From assembly GCA_963735375.1 (NCBI GenBank), contig CAVTKS010000007.1, positions 10,434 to 74,433 on the forward strand: DNA of 64,000 bases, in the 5' to 3' direction. Below, in pieces: positions 11,220-22,379 of the stretch. Position numbers and translations under genes: made by a program. A model generated the notes under the pieces. That model had not been told where the DNA came from and made no database searches. It saw nothing but the letters and a program-made list of their open reading frames with translations. How positions within the stretch are numbered: the stretch's first letter is position 1; each line of letters opens with the position of its first letter. This DNA comes from an uncultured Acidimicrobiales bacterium. Its GTDB lineage: Bacteria > Actinomycetota > Acidimicrobiia > Acidimicrobiales > VFJN01.

Positions 11220-12065
11220 TCACTGCCGGCGACGACGACGGCGCAGGAAGATGCTGAGCAGCCACAACGCGCTGAGCCCGGCCACGACGGGCAGCGCGCG
11301 CTTGGCGACCGGGGCACCGGCGGCGTCGAGCAGATCGACCGGCTCGACCTCGGGCGAGTCCACCACCCTGACGGTGGGACCCGACGTGCCGTCGACACGC
11401 TGGGCACCCGGTCGCGCCGCGCTCGACGACGGCGCGGCATCGGCCCGCGATGCCGCGGCCTCCGCCGCGAGGTCGACCTCATGAGCCGCCGCCGCGCCCT
11501 CGGAGGCGATGTCGCGCGGTCCGTGGCCGCCCGGCGCCTCCGACGTACCGGCGCCGCTCTCCGCCGGCCCGGTCGTCGACGAGCCGGTAGCCGATGACCC
11601 GGCACCCGACGAGCCGCCGTTGTCGACCAACAGCTTGTGCTCGAGGCAGTCGACGAACTGGCCGAGCAGCTTGGACGACACGTCCGCCATCACGCCACGA
11701 CCGAACTGCGCGACCCGACCGGTGACGGTGAGGTCGGTCACCACCGACACCGCGGTGCCGTCGCCGTCGGGCGTGAGCTGGGCCGTGATGGTCGCGTTGG
11801 CGTTGCCCTGGCCCCGGGTCTCACGGCCCTCGGCCCGCAGCACGACCTTGTGCCCGGCCTCGTCCCGCTCGACGAACCGGGCCGCGCCCTTGTACTGGGC
11901 GGTGATGGGGCCCACCTTGACCTTGACCACGCCGCGGTACTCGTCGCCCTCGACCTCCTGCAGTTGCGCGCCGGGCATGCACGGGGCGATCAGCTCGACG
12001 TCGGTCAGCACCTCCCACGCCCGCTCGACGGGGACCCCGACCCTGAAGTCGTTGGTGAGCTCCAT
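11220..12065 (-). CDS. coxG: CoxG/SRPBCC carbon monoxide dehydrogenase accessory protein with C-terminal anchor
   Basis: AWEVLTDVELIAPCMPGA, VAQFGRG; low-complexity linker, then a TM helix and Arg tail. Confidence 0.85.
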   Translation of the reverse strand: MELTNDFRVGVPVERAWEVLTDVELIAPCMPGAQLQEVEGDEYRGVVKVKVGPITAQYKGAARFVERDEAGHKVVLRAEGRETRGQGNANATITAQLTPDGDGTAVSVVTDLTVTGRVAQFGRGVMADVSSKLLGQFVDCLEHKLLVDNGGSSGAGSSATGSSTTGPAESGAGTSEAPGGHGPRDIASEGAAAAHEVDLAAEAAASRADAAPSSSAARPGAQRVDGTSGPTVRVVDSPEVEPVDLLDAAGAPVAKRALPVVAGLSALWLLSIFLRRRRRRQ

Positions 12066-12079
12066 ACGTGCCTCCGGCG

Positions 12080-12655
12080 TCAGCTCCACTCGGCGAGATC
12101 GTCCACCGTGTCGATGTCGGCGGACCGCCCCGGACACGGTACCTCCACCACGAGGTCAGGCCGCCGGCGCATCACGACCCTGGCGCCCTCGTCGCCGGCG
12201 GTCGGCAACAGGGGCCATGCCATCGACGACAGGCGCACGGGGTTCCCCCGCTCGCCCTCGTACGTCGCGACCGCGACGGGCGACGTGGTCGCGCGTGCCA
12301 CCCGCCGCCAGGCCTCGGTCTGCACGAGCGGCTGGTCACCGAGGCCGATGACGACGGCTGCGTGGCCGTCTCGCCGCGCTCGGGTGATCCCCGCGTGCAT
12401 CGACGTGGCGATGCCCTCGCGCCACCGGTCGTTGCGCACGAAGCGCACGGCGTCGGCGGCCAGGGTGGGCACGGGCAGGTCGGTCGCGCCCCGCACCACG
12501 TAGGTGGCGTCGAGACCGGCTGCCGCCGCTGTCTCGATCGACCACTCGACCACGGTGCGCCCGAGGTACGGGGCCAGCAGCTTGTGGCCCGTGCCCCCGG
12601 ACGCCGTGAACCGGGACCCGCCGCCCGCGGCCAGGACGATCGCTGCCGTGGTCAT
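12080..12655 (-). CDS. mocA: Molybdenum cofactor cytidylyltransferase (MocA/YgfJ family)
   Basis: IVLAAGGGSRF, KLLAP, GLGDQP, GNPV, GDEGAR, DIDTVDD. Confidence 0.85.
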   Translation of the reverse strand: MTTAAIVLAAGGGSRFTASGGTGHKLLAPYLGRTVVEWSIETAAAAGLDATYVVRGATDLPVPTLAADAVRFVRNDRWREGIATSMHAGITRARRDGHAAVVIGLGDQPLVQTEAWRRVARATTSPVAVATYEGERGNPVRLSSMAWPLLPTAGDEGARVVMRRRPDLVVEVPCPGRSADIDTVDDLAEWS

Positions 12656-12668
12656 GGGTGCGCCACGA

Positions 12669-13478
12669 CTAGCGGTGGATCGGTCCGTCGGTGTCTCGCA
12701 ACGGGCGGGCGTCGGTACGTCCCGTGCGGTGGGCGATGATCTCGGCGCAGATCGACACGGCCGTCTCCTCCGGTGTGCGGGCACCGACGTCGAGGCCGAT
12801 CGGGGCGCGTACGCGGGCGAGGCCGCCAGGGTCGACTCCTGCATCGACCAGGCGGGCGACACGGTCGGCATGCGTGCGCCGGCTGCCCATCGCCCCGACG
12901 TAGCCGACGTCGGTGGCCAGTGCGGCGACCAGGGCGGGGACGTCGAACTTGGCGTCGTGGGTGAGCACGCACACGGCGTCCCGTGGCGTCAGCGACGAGC
13001 CCTCCCGGCCGAGCAGCCGATCGGGCCAGTCGACCACCACCTCGTCGGCCTGCGGAAAGCGGGCCCGCGTGGCGAAGACCTCGCGGGCGTCGCACACCGT
13101 GACCCTGTAGCCGAGCACCTTGGCCACCTTGACGAGCGCGGCCGTGAAATCGACGGCCCCGAACACCAGCATGCGGGGCGGCGGGGCGAAGCTCTCGATG
13201 AACACGGCCACGACCGCCTCGCGCGCCTCGCCGTGCTCGCCATAGTGGCGCACCGCCGTCGTGCCCGCCGCCAGCTCGCCCAGGGCATCCCGCGCCACCA
13301 CCCGGTCGAGGTCGGCATCGCCGAGCGAGCCGAGCCACCCGAGCGACCCGTCCACCGCCCGGTCGGGGCGCACGAGCAGCTTGGACCCCGCGCCCGGCCC
13401 CGCGATGACGGTGGCGAGCGCGACCGGCTCCTCGCGCCGCACCGCGGCCGCCAGGGTGTCGTAGACGGTCCCGGTCAC
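12669..13478 (-). CDS. XdhC/CoxF family Moco-insertion chaperone, C-terminal part
   Basis: LVFGAVDF, VLTHDAKFD, YVGAMGSRR, APIGLDVGARTPEETAVSI; GTGA overlap with the upstream ORF. Confidence 0.85.
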   Translation of the reverse strand: MTGTVYDTLAAAVRREEPVALATVIAGPGAGSKLLVRPDRAVDGSLGWLGSLGDADLDRVVARDALGELAAGTTAVRHYGEHGEAREAVVAVFIESFAPPPRMLVFGAVDFTAALVKVAKVLGYRVTVCDAREVFATRARFPQADEVVVDWPDRLLGREGSSLTPRDAVCVLTHDAKFDVPALVAALATDVGYVGAMGSRRTHADRVARLVDAGVDPGGLARVRAPIGLDVGARTPEETAVSICAEIIAHRTGRTDARPLRDTDGPIHR

Positions 13479-13789
13479 CAGTCGAGGGGCTCCAGGTAAA
13501 GGTGGATCGTGCCACCGCACGTCAGCCCGACCGCGAAGGCGTCGTCGTCGCTGTAGCCGAAGGTGACGACCTTGCGCGCGCCGGTGCGCAGGATCTCGAG
13601 CGCCTCGGTGACCACGGCTCCCTCGACGCAGCCTCCCGACACCGAGCCCACCACCTCACCACGCTCGTTGACGGCCATCGCCGCGCCCGGGGACCGTGGG
13701 CCTGACCCATCCAGGTCGACGACGCGGGCGATCGCCACCGCCACCCCCTCGGCGCGCCAGCGGTCGAGGTCGTCCAACAGATCTCTCAT
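13475..13789 (-). CDS. XdhC/CoxI N-terminal domain protein
   Basis: GSGPRSPGAAM, GSVSGGCVEG, AVGLTCGGTI. Confidence 0.85.
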   Translation of the reverse strand: MRDLLDDLDRWRAEGVAVAIARVVDLDGSGPRSPGAAMAVNERGEVVGSVSGGCVEGAVVTEALEILRTGARKVVTFGYSDDDAFAVGLTCGGTIHLYLEPLDW

Positions 13790-14011
13790 GTTCTCCGCTC
13801 CTGGCCTTCGGCCGGGCCGCTCGGGCCACGGTCGCTCTCACGCCCCTCGGGACGCTCCCTCATGCTCCCCGCTCCTGGCCTTCGGCCGGGCCGCTCGGGC
13901 CACGGTCGCTCTCACGCCCTTCGGGACGCTCCCTCATGCTCCCCGCTCCTGGCCTTCGGCCGGGCCGCTCGGGCCACGGTCGCTCTCACGCCCTTCGGGA
14001 CGCTCCCTCAT
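13786..14011 (-). repeat. Three tandem 74-bp intergenic units, each a 25-aa mini-ORF ([25 protein letters not shown]) chained by ATGA overlaps
   Basis: Mini-ORFs 13934-14011, 13860-13937, 13786-13863; the last TGA overlaps the xdhC ATG; CAGGAG SD in each unit. Confidence 0.9.
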
Positions 14012-14018
14012 GTCTGTC

Positions 14019-15143
14019 TCACCTTCCGACCACGTCGGCCAGCGCCTCCAGCGAGGCGATCGAATGGCCCTCGACGAACTCGTCGACGTGCGGCAGGGCG
14101 GCCGCCATACCGCCGGCCAGTGGTGCATAGCCGGGCGACGCCTTGAGCGGGTTGACCCACACGACGCGGTGCGCGACCCGGCGCAGCCGGGCCAGCTCGT
14201 CGCCCAGGACGGCCGGGTCGCCCCGGTCCCACCCGTCGGACAGGATCACGACCACTGCGCCCCGAGCGAGGCCGCGCACGCCCCAACGGTCGTTGAACCG
14301 GCGCATGCCGTCGCCCAGCCGGGTGCCACCGGACCAGTCGACGACCGCGTGGGCGGCCTGACGCAGGGCCTGGTCGGGGTCGTGGGTCGCCAGCTCGCGG
14401 GTGATGCGCGTGACCCGGGTGCCGAGGGCGAACACCTCGACCTGGCCGCGCCTGCGGGCGGCGACCGCGGCGTGCGCGAAGCGCGTGAGCGCCCGGGCGT
14501 AGGGCTCCATCGACCCGCTGACATCGACGAGGACCACCAGCCGGCGGGGCCGCTCCCCCGCCTCCTCGCGGGCTGGGCGCAGCACCTCGCCTCCGGTGCG
14601 CAGCGAGCGCCGGACAGTGCGACGCAGGTCCAGGCTGCCGCGCCCGGCCGGGGCCGGGCGGCGCCGCCGGCTGGGCCGACGAGCGGCGCGCACCCGGAGG
14701 TCGGTCATCAAGCGGTGGGCCTGGGCCAGCTCGTCGGGGGTGCAGGTCGCCAGGTCGCGGTGGCGCAGCACCTCCGTGGCGCTCCACCGCACCGCCTGGA
14801 TGTCCGTCGGTGGCCGCTCGGCACCCGGCTCGTCGTCGGGCGGCGCGGCGGGGTCGTCGTCGGCGTCGAGCTGGATCTCGACCTGCCGGGGCGCGGCCAC
14901 CACCTCGGCCATGCGCAGCCCGCCGAACACGTGGCCGAAGACCTGGTCGTAGGCGGCGATGTCCTCGGGGCGGTGCACCAGCGTGGCCCGGCCCGACCAG
15001 TACATCCCGGTGGCCGACGAGCCGACCGCCGTGAGCGCCCGGGCGTAGGCCACCGTCGCCCCGGTCGGCACCGCGACCCCGGCGCGCCGCAACGCCAGCA
15101 CGACGTCGATCACGATCTCGTCGAGCGCCGCCGCGTCAGGCAC
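14019..15143 (-). CDS. coxE: CoxE-like VWA domain protein
   Basis: LVDVSGSM MIDAS motif, WSGGTRLG, ILSDGWDRG, WVNPL. Confidence 0.85.
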   Translation of the reverse strand: MPDAAALDEIVIDVVLALRRAGVAVPTGATVAYARALTAVGSSATGMYWSGRATLVHRPEDIAAYDQVFGHVFGGLRMAEVVAAPRQVEIQLDADDDPAAPPDDEPGAERPPTDIQAVRWSATEVLRHRDLATCTPDELAQAHRLMTDLRVRAARRPSRRRRPAPAGRGSLDLRRTVRRSLRTGGEVLRPAREEAGERPRRLVVLVDVSGSMEPYARALTRFAHAAVAARRRGQVEVFALGTRVTRITRELATHDPDQALRQAAHAVVDWSGGTRLGDGMRRFNDRWGVRGLARGAVVVILSDGWDRGDPAVLGDELARLRRVAHRVVWVNPLKASPGYAPLAGGMAAALPHVDEFVEGHSIASLEALADVVGR

Positions 15144-16074
15144 TGCGCGCCACCGCCTCGCGCACGAGCGCGTCGATGCCGTGCTCGCGCACCCGCTGGG
15201 CGTCCTCGCGGTACTTGACCACCGACCCGAGGGTGGCATCGGCCGAGCGTTCGTCGAGACCGCCGCGGCTGAGCAGCGACAGCGCCCGCGCCCAGTCGAT
15301 GGCCTCGGCGATGCCCGGGGGCTTGTAGAGCCCGAGGGTGCGGATCTCGCCGACGGCGACGGCCACCTGCCGCGCCAGCTCGCCGTCGACCTCGGGCGCC
15401 CGCAGCCGCACGATGGCGACCTCGCGCTCGACGTCCGGCTGGTCCACCCAGTGGTACAGGCAGCGCCGTTTCAGCGCGTCGTGCACGTCGCGGGTGCGGT
15501 TCGACGTCAGCACCGTCACCGGCGGGACGGTCGCCCGTACGGTGCCCAGCTCGGGGATCGTCACCGCCCAATCGGACAGGAGCTCGAGCAGGAACGCCTC
15601 GAACTCGTCGTCGGCCCGGTCGATCTCGTCGATCAGCAGCACCGGGGGTGGGCGGCCCTCGGGGGTGTACAGGGCCTGCAGCAGCGGCCGGCGCACCAGG
15701 AAGCGCTCGTCGTACAGCTCGTCCTCGAGCGCGTCGACGCCGGCCGCCTCGGCCCGGCCTACAGCCTCGGCGGCGCGGAGGTGGAGCAGCTGGCGGGCGT
15801 GATCCCACTCGAACAGCGCCTGGGCGGCGTCGATGCCCTCGTAGCACTGCAGGCGCACGAGCCGCCCGCCAGTCCAGGCGGCCAACGCCTTGGCCACCTC
15901 GGTCTTGCCCACCCCGGCGTCGCCCTCGAGGAACAACGGTCGCTCCAGCCGCAGGGCGAGGAACACCGCCGTCGCCAGCCCCTCGTCGGCCAGGTAGTCG
16001 TGGGCGGCCAAGCCCGCGACCACGGCATCGACGTGGTCGACGCCCGCAGCGACAGAGGAGGCCTCGTCGGACAT
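15136..16074 (-). CDS. coxD: CoxD-like MoxR AAA+ ATPase
   Basis: LEGDAGVGKT Walker A, LLIDEIDRAD Walker B, HDALKRRC. Confidence 0.9.
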   Translation of the reverse strand: MSDEASSVAAGVDHVDAVVAGLAAHDYLADEGLATAVFLALRLERPLFLEGDAGVGKTEVAKALAAWTGGRLVRLQCYEGIDAAQALFEWDHARQLLHLRAAEAVGRAEAAGVDALEDELYDERFLVRRPLLQALYTPEGRPPPVLLIDEIDRADDEFEAFLLELLSDWAVTIPELGTVRATVPPVTVLTSNRTRDVHDALKRRCLYHWVDQPDVEREVAIVRLRAPEVDGELARQVAVAVGEIRTLGLYKPPGIAEAIDWARALSLLSRGGLDERSADATLGSVVKYREDAQRVREHGIDALVREAVARSA

Positions 16075-16122
16075 GGGCACAAGACTACGAGGCCGGGCTC
16101 GGACACCGGCATGACGCCGCGT

Positions 16123-16953
16123 TCAGGCGCCCGCCGTCTCCAACGCGCGCCGCACCAGGACCTGGGCCAGATGGCGGCGGTACTCCGGCGAGCCGTTGAG
16201 GTCGTCGGGGGGCTCGGTGCCCTCGTCGGCCCGGGCGGCCGCCTCGGCGGCAGCCGAACCGGAGCGCAGAGCATCCTCGACCCCGGCCGCCCGCAGGGGC
16301 TGCGAGCCCATGTTGACCAGCCCCACGCCCGGACCCTCCGACCCGTTCGACAGCACCGCGGACACCCCGACGATCGCCCAGTCCTGGGCGCGGCGGTTGA
16401 ACTTCTCGAACGCCCAGCCCACCCCCGGCAGGGCCGGGACGCGGATCTCGGTGAGCACCTCGTCGGCCGCGAGCGCGGTCTCGAGGAACCCCGTGAAGAA
16501 GTCGTCCGCCGCGATCTCGCGCTCGCCGCCGGCGCCGCGGGCTACCAGCGTCGCCCGTAGCGCCAGCAACGCGGCCGGCAGGTCGGACGCCGGGTCGCCG
16601 TGGGCGACCGACCCACCGATCGTGCCCCGGTGTCGGACCTGGGCATCGCCGATCTGCCCGGCGACGTGGGCCAGGAGCGGCACCTGCTCGCGCAGGACGT
16701 CGGAGGTCTCGAGGTCGCGGTGCCGGGTGAGCGCACCGATGCGCACCGTGCCCGACCCGTCCGTCACGTAGGACAGGTCGCCGATGCGGCCGATGTCGAC
16801 GAGCACCGACGGCGCGGCCAGCCGCAGCTTCATGAGCGGCAGCAGCGAATGCCCGCCGGCGATCAGCTTGGCCTCGTCGCCATGCTCGTTGAGGAGGCCA
16901 ACGGCCTCGTCGACCGACGAAGCCCTCTGGTAGTCGAACGGTGCCGGGATCAC
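16123..16953 (-). CDS. coxM: CODH/xanthine dehydrogenase family medium (FAD) subunit
   Basis: IAGGHSLLPLMKLRLA, QVRHRGTIGGS; GTGA-coupled to the large subunit. Confidence 0.9.
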   Translation of the reverse strand: MIPAPFDYQRASSVDEAVGLLNEHGDEAKLIAGGHSLLPLMKLRLAAPSVLVDIGRIGDLSYVTDGSGTVRIGALTRHRDLETSDVLREQVPLLAHVAGQIGDAQVRHRGTIGGSVAHGDPASDLPAALLALRATLVARGAGGEREIAADDFFTGFLETALAADEVLTEIRVPALPGVGWAFEKFNRRAQDWAIVGVSAVLSNGSEGPGVGLVNMGSQPLRAAGVEDALRSGSAAAEAAARADEGTEPPDDLNGSPEYRRHLAQVLVRRALETAGA

Positions 16954-19364
16954 GACGCCCCCTCCCCTGTCGGCGACGACGCACTTCGTGCGTCTCTGAT
17001 GGCCGCCCACACCCGTTCGGGGTGAGCCGGCATCAGCATGTCGGTGATGCCGAACGGCGCCAGCGCGTCGATCACGGCGTTCATGACCGTCGGTGTCGAG
17101 CCGATTGTGCCGGCCTCGCCGATGCCCTTGACCCCGAGCAGGTTGGTGGGGCTGGGCGTCACCGTGTGGTCGAGCTTGAACGTGGGCACCTCGGCCGCGC
17201 TGGGCACGCAGTAGTCGATCAGGCTGGGGTTGCGCAGGTTGCCGTCGTCGTCGTAGACGGCCTCCTCCCACAGCGCCTGGGCGACGCCCTGGACGATGCC
17301 GCCGTGGAGCTGGCCCTCGACGATCATCGGGTTGACCTGCGGCCCGCAGTCGTCGACGGCTGCGTAGTCACGCAGCTCGACGTGGCCGGTGTCCTCGTCG
17401 ATCTCGACGACGGCCACGTGCGTGCCGAAGGGGAAGACGAAGTTGGGCGGGTCGTAGGTCACCTGCGCCGCCAGGTTGGGCTCGACCCCGTCGGGCAGGT
17501 CGTGGGCGCTGAACGCCTCGAACGCCACCGCCTGCAGCGTCATCGACCTCGTCGGGGTGCCGCGCACCCGCAGCTCGCCGTCGGCGAGCTCGAGGTCGTC
17601 CTCCGCACATTCGAGCTGGTGGGCCGCGATGGTCTTGGCCTTGGTGATGACCTGATCGGTGGCCATCGCCACCGCCACCCCGCCGACGGGCAGCGAGCGA
17701 CTGCCGTAGGTGTCCATGCCCATGGGGCTGATGGCGGTGTCGGAGTGCAGCACCTCGATGTCGTCGGGGTCGACACCCAGCCGGTCGGCCACGATCTGCG
17801 ACCAGGACGTCTCGTGGCCCTGGCCATGTGGTGTGGTGCCGCTGACCACCTGGACCTTGCCGGTGGGGAGCACCCGTACGGTCGCGGCCTCCCATCCGCC
17901 GGCGGCGTACTTCAGCGAGGCGAGCACGCGGCTGGGGGCCAGCCCGCACATCTCGACGTAGGTGGCCACGCCGATGCCCAGGTGCTTCGTGTCGCCGGCG
18001 TCGCGCCGCCGCTGCTGCTCGGCCCGCAGGTCGTCGTAGCCCACCAGCTCGAGCGCGCGATCGAGGGTCGGCTCGTAGTTGCCGGAGTCGTAGGTCAACC
18101 CGGCGATCGAGGCGTACGGGAACTTGTCGGGTGCGATGTAGTTGCGCCGGCGGATCTCGACCCCGTCGACGCCGACGGCGCTGGCCAGCGCATCCATGGC
18201 CCGCTCGACGGCGTAGGTCGCCTCGGGGCGGCCGGCGCCGCGGTACGCGTCGGTGGGCGTGAGCGTGGTGAACACGCCCGTGCACTCGAAGTGGTAGGCG
18301 GGCACGTCGTACACGCCGTGGTAGAGGAAGGCCCCGAGGAGCGGGATGCCGGGCGTGACGAGCTGCAGGTACGCGCCCATGTCGGCCGTCAGGTTGGCCC
18401 GCACGGCCGTGACCTTGCCGTCGGCGTCCGCGGCCAGCTCCATGTGCTGGATCTGCCCCCGGCCCTGGATGGTGGCCACGGCGTTCTCGGTGCGTCCCTC
18501 GGTCCACCGGGTGGGCACCCCCAGCCGGCGGGCGAGGGCCACGCCGATCAGCTCCTCGGCGTAGACGTTCAGCTTCGACCCGAAGCCGCCGCCCACGGCC
18601 GGCGCGATGACCCGCACCTTCTGCTCGGGCACCCCGCACGTCGCCGCGATCATCACCTTGAGGATGTGCGGGATCTGCGTGGCCGAGTAGACGGTCAGCT
18701 CGCCGCCGTAGACGGCGGGCACCACGGCGACGCCGCGTGGCTCCATCGCCACCGGGATGAGCCGCTGCTGGATGTACGTCTCGTCCACCGTGTGGGCAGC
18801 CTCGGCGAACGCCCGGTCGACGGCCTCGGTGTCGGGCGACAACGTCCATGTGTAGCTGCGGTTGGTGCCGAGCCCCTCGTGGATGACCACACGGTCGCTC
18901 GCCGCATCCTCGAGGTCGACCACGGCCTCGAGGGGGTCGTAGTCGACCACCACCGCGTCGACCGCGTCGGCGGCCTGATAGCGGCTGTCGGCCACCACCA
19001 CGGCCACGATGTCGCCCACGAAGCAGGCCTTGTCGCGGGCGACCGGCCAGTGGTCCGGCGCCTTCATGTCGTCGGTGACCGGCCAGGCGCACGGCATGGC
19101 GGCGGCCCACGCATCGTGGAGGTCCTCGCCCGTGATGACGTGGCGCACGCCGGGCATGGCGGCGGCCGCGCTCGTGTCGATGTTGCCGATGCGGGCGTGG
19201 GCGAACGGGCTGCGCACCATGCCCATCCACAGCGCGCCGGGGATCTGCAGGTCATCGACGAAGCGCCCCTCGCCGGTGAGCAGGCGGGCATCCTCCTTGC
19301 GCAGTAGGCGCTGGCCGAACGCGCCGCTACCGGCGTCCGTGCGGGGAGCCTCGGTCGCGGTCAT
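16950..19364 (-). CDS. coxL: Molybdopterin-binding large subunit, form II CoxL-like
   Basis: [17 protein letters not shown] (form II signature), [21 protein letters not shown]. Confidence 0.85.
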   Translation of the reverse strand: MTATEAPRTDAGSGAFGQRLLRKEDARLLTGEGRFVDDLQIPGALWMGMVRSPFAHARIGNIDTSAAAAMPGVRHVITGEDLHDAWAAAMPCAWPVTDDMKAPDHWPVARDKACFVGDIVAVVVADSRYQAADAVDAVVVDYDPLEAVVDLEDAASDRVVIHEGLGTNRSYTWTLSPDTEAVDRAFAEAAHTVDETYIQQRLIPVAMEPRGVAVVPAVYGGELTVYSATQIPHILKVMIAATCGVPEQKVRVIAPAVGGGFGSKLNVYAEELIGVALARRLGVPTRWTEGRTENAVATIQGRGQIQHMELAADADGKVTAVRANLTADMGAYLQLVTPGIPLLGAFLYHGVYDVPAYHFECTGVFTTLTPTDAYRGAGRPEATYAVERAMDALASAVGVDGVEIRRRNYIAPDKFPYASIAGLTYDSGNYEPTLDRALELVGYDDLRAEQQRRRDAGDTKHLGIGVATYVEMCGLAPSRVLASLKYAAGGWEAATVRVLPTGKVQVVSGTTPHGQGHETSWSQIVADRLGVDPDDIEVLHSDTAISPMGMDTYGSRSLPVGGVAVAMATDQVITKAKTIAAHQLECAEDDLELADGELRVRGTPTRSMTLQAVAFEAFSAHDLPDGVEPNLAAQVTYDPPNFVFPFGTHVAVVEIDEDTGHVELRDYAAVDDCGPQVNPMIVEGQLHGGIVQGVAQALWEEAVYDDDGNLRNPSLIDYCVPSAAEVPTFKLDHTVTPSPTNLLGVKGIGEAGTIGSTPTVMNAVIDALAPFGITDMLMPAHPERVWAAIRDARSASSPTGEGAS

Positions 19365-19441
19365 CGTTCCCCGCTCCTGCTGCTCCGCAGCGGGCCGCTC
19401 GGGCCACGCTCGCTCTCTCGCCCTTCGGGACGCTCGCTCAT
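19361..19441 (-). repeat. Single 77-bp unit of the same repeat: mini-[29 protein letters not shown]
   Basis: ATG overlaps the coxS TGA (19438-19441); TGA overlaps the coxL ATG (19361-19364). Confidence 0.9.
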
Positions 19442-19944
19442 GCCGGCACCTCCTCGCCGGCGGCGGCCAGCACGGCACGCACGATGTTGTGGTAGCCGGT
19501 GCAGCGGCAGAGGTTGCCCTCGAGGCCCAGGCGCACGTCCTGCTCGCTGGGATGCGGGTTCTCCTCGAGCAGGGACACGGCGGCCATGACCATGCCGGGC
19601 GTGCAGAAGCCGCATTGCAGACCGTGCTGCTCGTGGAACGCCTGCTGCATCGGGTGCAGGGCACTGCTCGCGGCGACGCCGTCTCCGTCACCGTGGCCCG
19701 ATGCCGTGGCCGCCAGCCCCTCGATCGTCGTGACGGCTCGGCCGTCGGCCTGCACCGCCAGCATCGTGCACGACTTCACGGACTCGCCGTCGAGCAGGAC
19801 CGTGCAGGCACCGCACGACGAGGTGTCGCACCCCACGTTCGTGCCGGTCAGACCGAGGTCGTCGCGCAGGTGGTGGACCAGGAGCCGTCGAGGTTCGACG
19901 ACGCTCGACCGTTCCTCGCCATTGACGGACAGGGTGATCTCCAC
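19438..19944 (-). CDS. coxS: 2Fe-2S small subunit
   Basis: [31 protein letters not shown]. Confidence 0.9.
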   Translation of the reverse strand: MEITLSVNGEERSSVVEPRRLLVHHLRDDLGLTGTNVGCDTSSCGACTVLLDGESVKSCTMLAVQADGRAVTTIEGLAATASGHGDGDGVAASSALHPMQQAFHEQHGLQCGFCTPGMVMAAVSLLEENPHPSEQDVRLGLEGNLCRCTGYHNIVRAVLAAAGEEVPA

Positions 19945-19987
19945 GAGCCCTCCCTGGAACGCGCCCGGAGCGCACGACGCCGGGCAC

Positions 19988-22372
19988 CTATGTGACGGGC
20001 GCCACACTATCGCCGGGTGCCGGTGCCGTGGCCGGTGTTTCGCGGCTGATGTCGGCGGCATCCCGGATCGCCCGCCAGACCCGCTCGGGCGTGCATGGCA
20101 TGTCGATGTGCCGCACCCCCAGGTGGGCGACCGCGTCGCACACCGCGTTGTGCACCGCGGGCGTCGAGCCGATGGTGCCCGACTCGCCGATGCCCTTCGC
20201 GCCGAGCGGGTTGACCCAGGTCGGCGTCTCGCTGTCGACGAGCTCGAACGACGGCAGCTCGGCGGCCGACACGACCGCATAGTCGGCGAAGTTGGTGGTC
20301 AGCGGGTTGCCCTCGGCGTCGAACACCACCTGCTCGTACAGCGCCTGGGCCACGCCCTGGGCGATGCCGCCGTGGCGTTGGCCATCGGCCAGCAGCGGGT
20401 TGAGCACGCGCCCGGCGTCGTCGCACGCCACCAGGCGCACCAGGCGGGCATCGCCGGTCTCCGTGTCGACCTCGACGACGGCCACGTGAGCGCCGAACGG
20501 ATAGGTCGGCTGCGTGGTCGTGAAGTCGTGCTCGGCGCTGAACGCCGGTCCGGCGCCGTCGTCGACGGCGGCCACCACGTCGCCCCAGGTCCGACCGACC
20601 GCCGGCGTGCCCACCACATGGAACCGTCCGGCAGCCACGTCGAGGACCACGTCGTCCGGCGCAGCCTCGAGCAGCTCGGCAGCCGCCCGCCGCGCCTGGT
20701 CGACGACCTCGACGACAGCCTGCCGTACGGCGGACCCGCCGAGCTGCAGTGAGCGCGAACCGAAGGTGCCGGTGCCCCGCGCCACCTGGTCGGTGTCTCC
20801 GTGGATCACCCGCACCGCGTCGAGCGGGACGCCCATCTCGTCGGCGACGAGCATCGCGAACGCGGTGGCGAGGCCCTGGCCGTGCGGCGACGTACCCGTG
20901 GCGACGACCACCTCGACCCCGCCCGCGCCGGAGTCGCCCCCGCCAGCGGCGCCGTCGCCGCGGACGACCGGCTGCACGTCGACTCTCGCGAACTCGGACC
21001 CCGCCCGCGGACCGCTCGTCACCTCGACATAGGTCGACACGCCGATGCCGAGCACCCGTCGGTCGCCGGCCTCGCGTCGCCGCCGCTGCTGGGCCCGCAG
21101 GTCCTCGTAGCCGGCGGCCGCCAGCACGCGTTCGAGCGCCGCCGGGAAGTCGCCGCAGTCGTAGGTCGCGCCCGTGGGGGTGACGTGCGGCCCGTCGAAG
21201 CGCGGCACCAGGTTGCGCCGCCGCACCTCCGCGGGATCGAGGCCAGCCTCGGCGGCGAACAGGTCGACCGCCCGCTCGAGGGCCGCCGTCGCCTCCGGCC
21301 GGCCCGCACCCCGGTACGAGCCGACGGGGGTGGTGGGGGTGACCACGACCCGGGCCGAGGACGTGACCGTCGGGATGGCGTAGGTGCCCGCCGCCATCGA
21401 GCGCGTGAGCCGGGGCAGGAAGGCCCCCATCGACGGGTAGGCGCCGGCGTCCTGCACGATGCCCAGGTGGTAGGCCTCGATGGTGCCGTCGGACCGGCCC
21501 CCGATGGTGACGTCGTGCACCTGGGCACGGCCGTGCACCATGCCGACCATGTTGTCGGTGCGCGTCTCGACCCAGCGCACGGGGCGGCCGCACCGCCGCG
21601 CCAGCCAACCGAGCAGCACGTCCTCCGGGTGGCCGCCGATCTTGGCGCCGAAGCCGCCGCCCACGTCAGGCGCGATCACCTGCACGTCGGACCGGTCGAG
21701 GCCGTAGGCAGCGGCGAGGGCCCACTGCAGGCCGTGGGCGTTCTGCGTCGAGCACCACACGACCAGCCGCCCGTCGACCCACGCGGCCGCCGAGGAACGC
21801 ACCTCCAGCGGACAGGCGGCGAGCCGCTGGTTGACGACGCGCTGCCGGACCACGATCTCGCACCCGTCGGGCCCGCCGGGCGCCGCTGCGCCCGCGGCGT
21901 CGCCGAAGGCGCCGACCAGGTTGGTGCCCACATCCGGGAACAGGACAGCCCCGTCCGACAGGGCGACGACCGGGTCGACCGCCACCGGCAGGGGCTCGTA
22001 GTCGACCGCGACCAGCTCGGCCGCGTCGGCGCCCTGGTCGGATCGCTCGGTCAACACGACCGCGACCGGCTCGCCCACGAACCGCACGCGGTCGACGGCC
22101 AGGTACGGCCGGGCCATCGCCTCGTTCGTGACGCCGGGGATGGCCGGCAGGTCGATCTCGGCGCCCGTCACCACGTCGACCACGCCGGGCTGCGATCGGG
22201 CGTCGGCGACGTGGACCGCCGTGATCCGCGCGTGCGCGATGGTCGACCGCACGTAGGTGGCATGGACGGCGCCCTCGAGTCGGACGTCGTGCAGGTCGGC
22301 CGTGTAGGTGCCCCCGGCGGTCAGCAGCCGCGGGTCCTCGACGCGCACCACGCGCGTACCGAGGATGCTCAC
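19988..22372 (-). CDS. Second molybdopterin-binding large subunit (xanthine dehydrogenase family, form II-like)
   Basis: [34 protein letters not shown]. Confidence 0.85.
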   Translation of the reverse strand: MSILGTRVVRVEDPRLLTAGGTYTADLHDVRLEGAVHATYVRSTIAHARITAVHVADARSQPGVVDVVTGAEIDLPAIPGVTNEAMARPYLAVDRVRFVGEPVAVVLTERSDQGADAAELVAVDYEPLPVAVDPVVALSDGAVLFPDVGTNLVGAFGDAAGAAAPGGPDGCEIVVRQRVVNQRLAACPLEVRSSAAAWVDGRLVVWCSTQNAHGLQWALAAAYGLDRSDVQVIAPDVGGGFGAKIGGHPEDVLLGWLARRCGRPVRWVETRTDNMVGMVHGRAQVHDVTIGGRSDGTIEAYHLGIVQDAGAYPSMGAFLPRLTRSMAAGTYAIPTVTSSARVVVTPTTPVGSYRGAGRPEATAALERAVDLFAAEAGLDPAEVRRRNLVPRFDGPHVTPTGATYDCGDFPAALERVLAAAGYEDLRAQQRRRREAGDRRVLGIGVSTYVEVTSGPRAGSEFARVDVQPVVRGDGAAGGGDSGAGGVEVVVATGTSPHGQGLATAFAMLVADEMGVPLDAVRVIHGDTDQVARGTGTFGSRSLQLGGSAVRQAVVEVVDQARRAAAELLEAAPDDVVLDVAAGRFHVVGTPAVGRTWGDVVAAVDDGAGPAFSAEHDFTTTQPTYPFGAHVAVVEVDTETGDARLVRLVACDDAGRVLNPLLADGQRHGGIAQGVAQALYEQVVFDAEGNPLTTNFADYAVVSAAELPSFELVDSETPTWVNPLGAKGIGESGTIGSTPAVHNAVCDAVAHLGVRHIDMPCTPERVWRAIRDAADISRETPATAPAPGDSVAPVT

Positions 22373-22379
22373 CGTGCGG

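Noticed and set aside
13786-14011. Tandem repeats as a CRISPR array
   Set aside because: Units are contiguous and near-identical with no unique spacers, and there are no cas genes; the same holds at 34109-34288.
16950-19364. Bona fide aerobic CO dehydrogenase (form I)
   Set aside because: Active-site loop is AYRGAGR rather than AYxCSFR, and the gene order is S-L-M.
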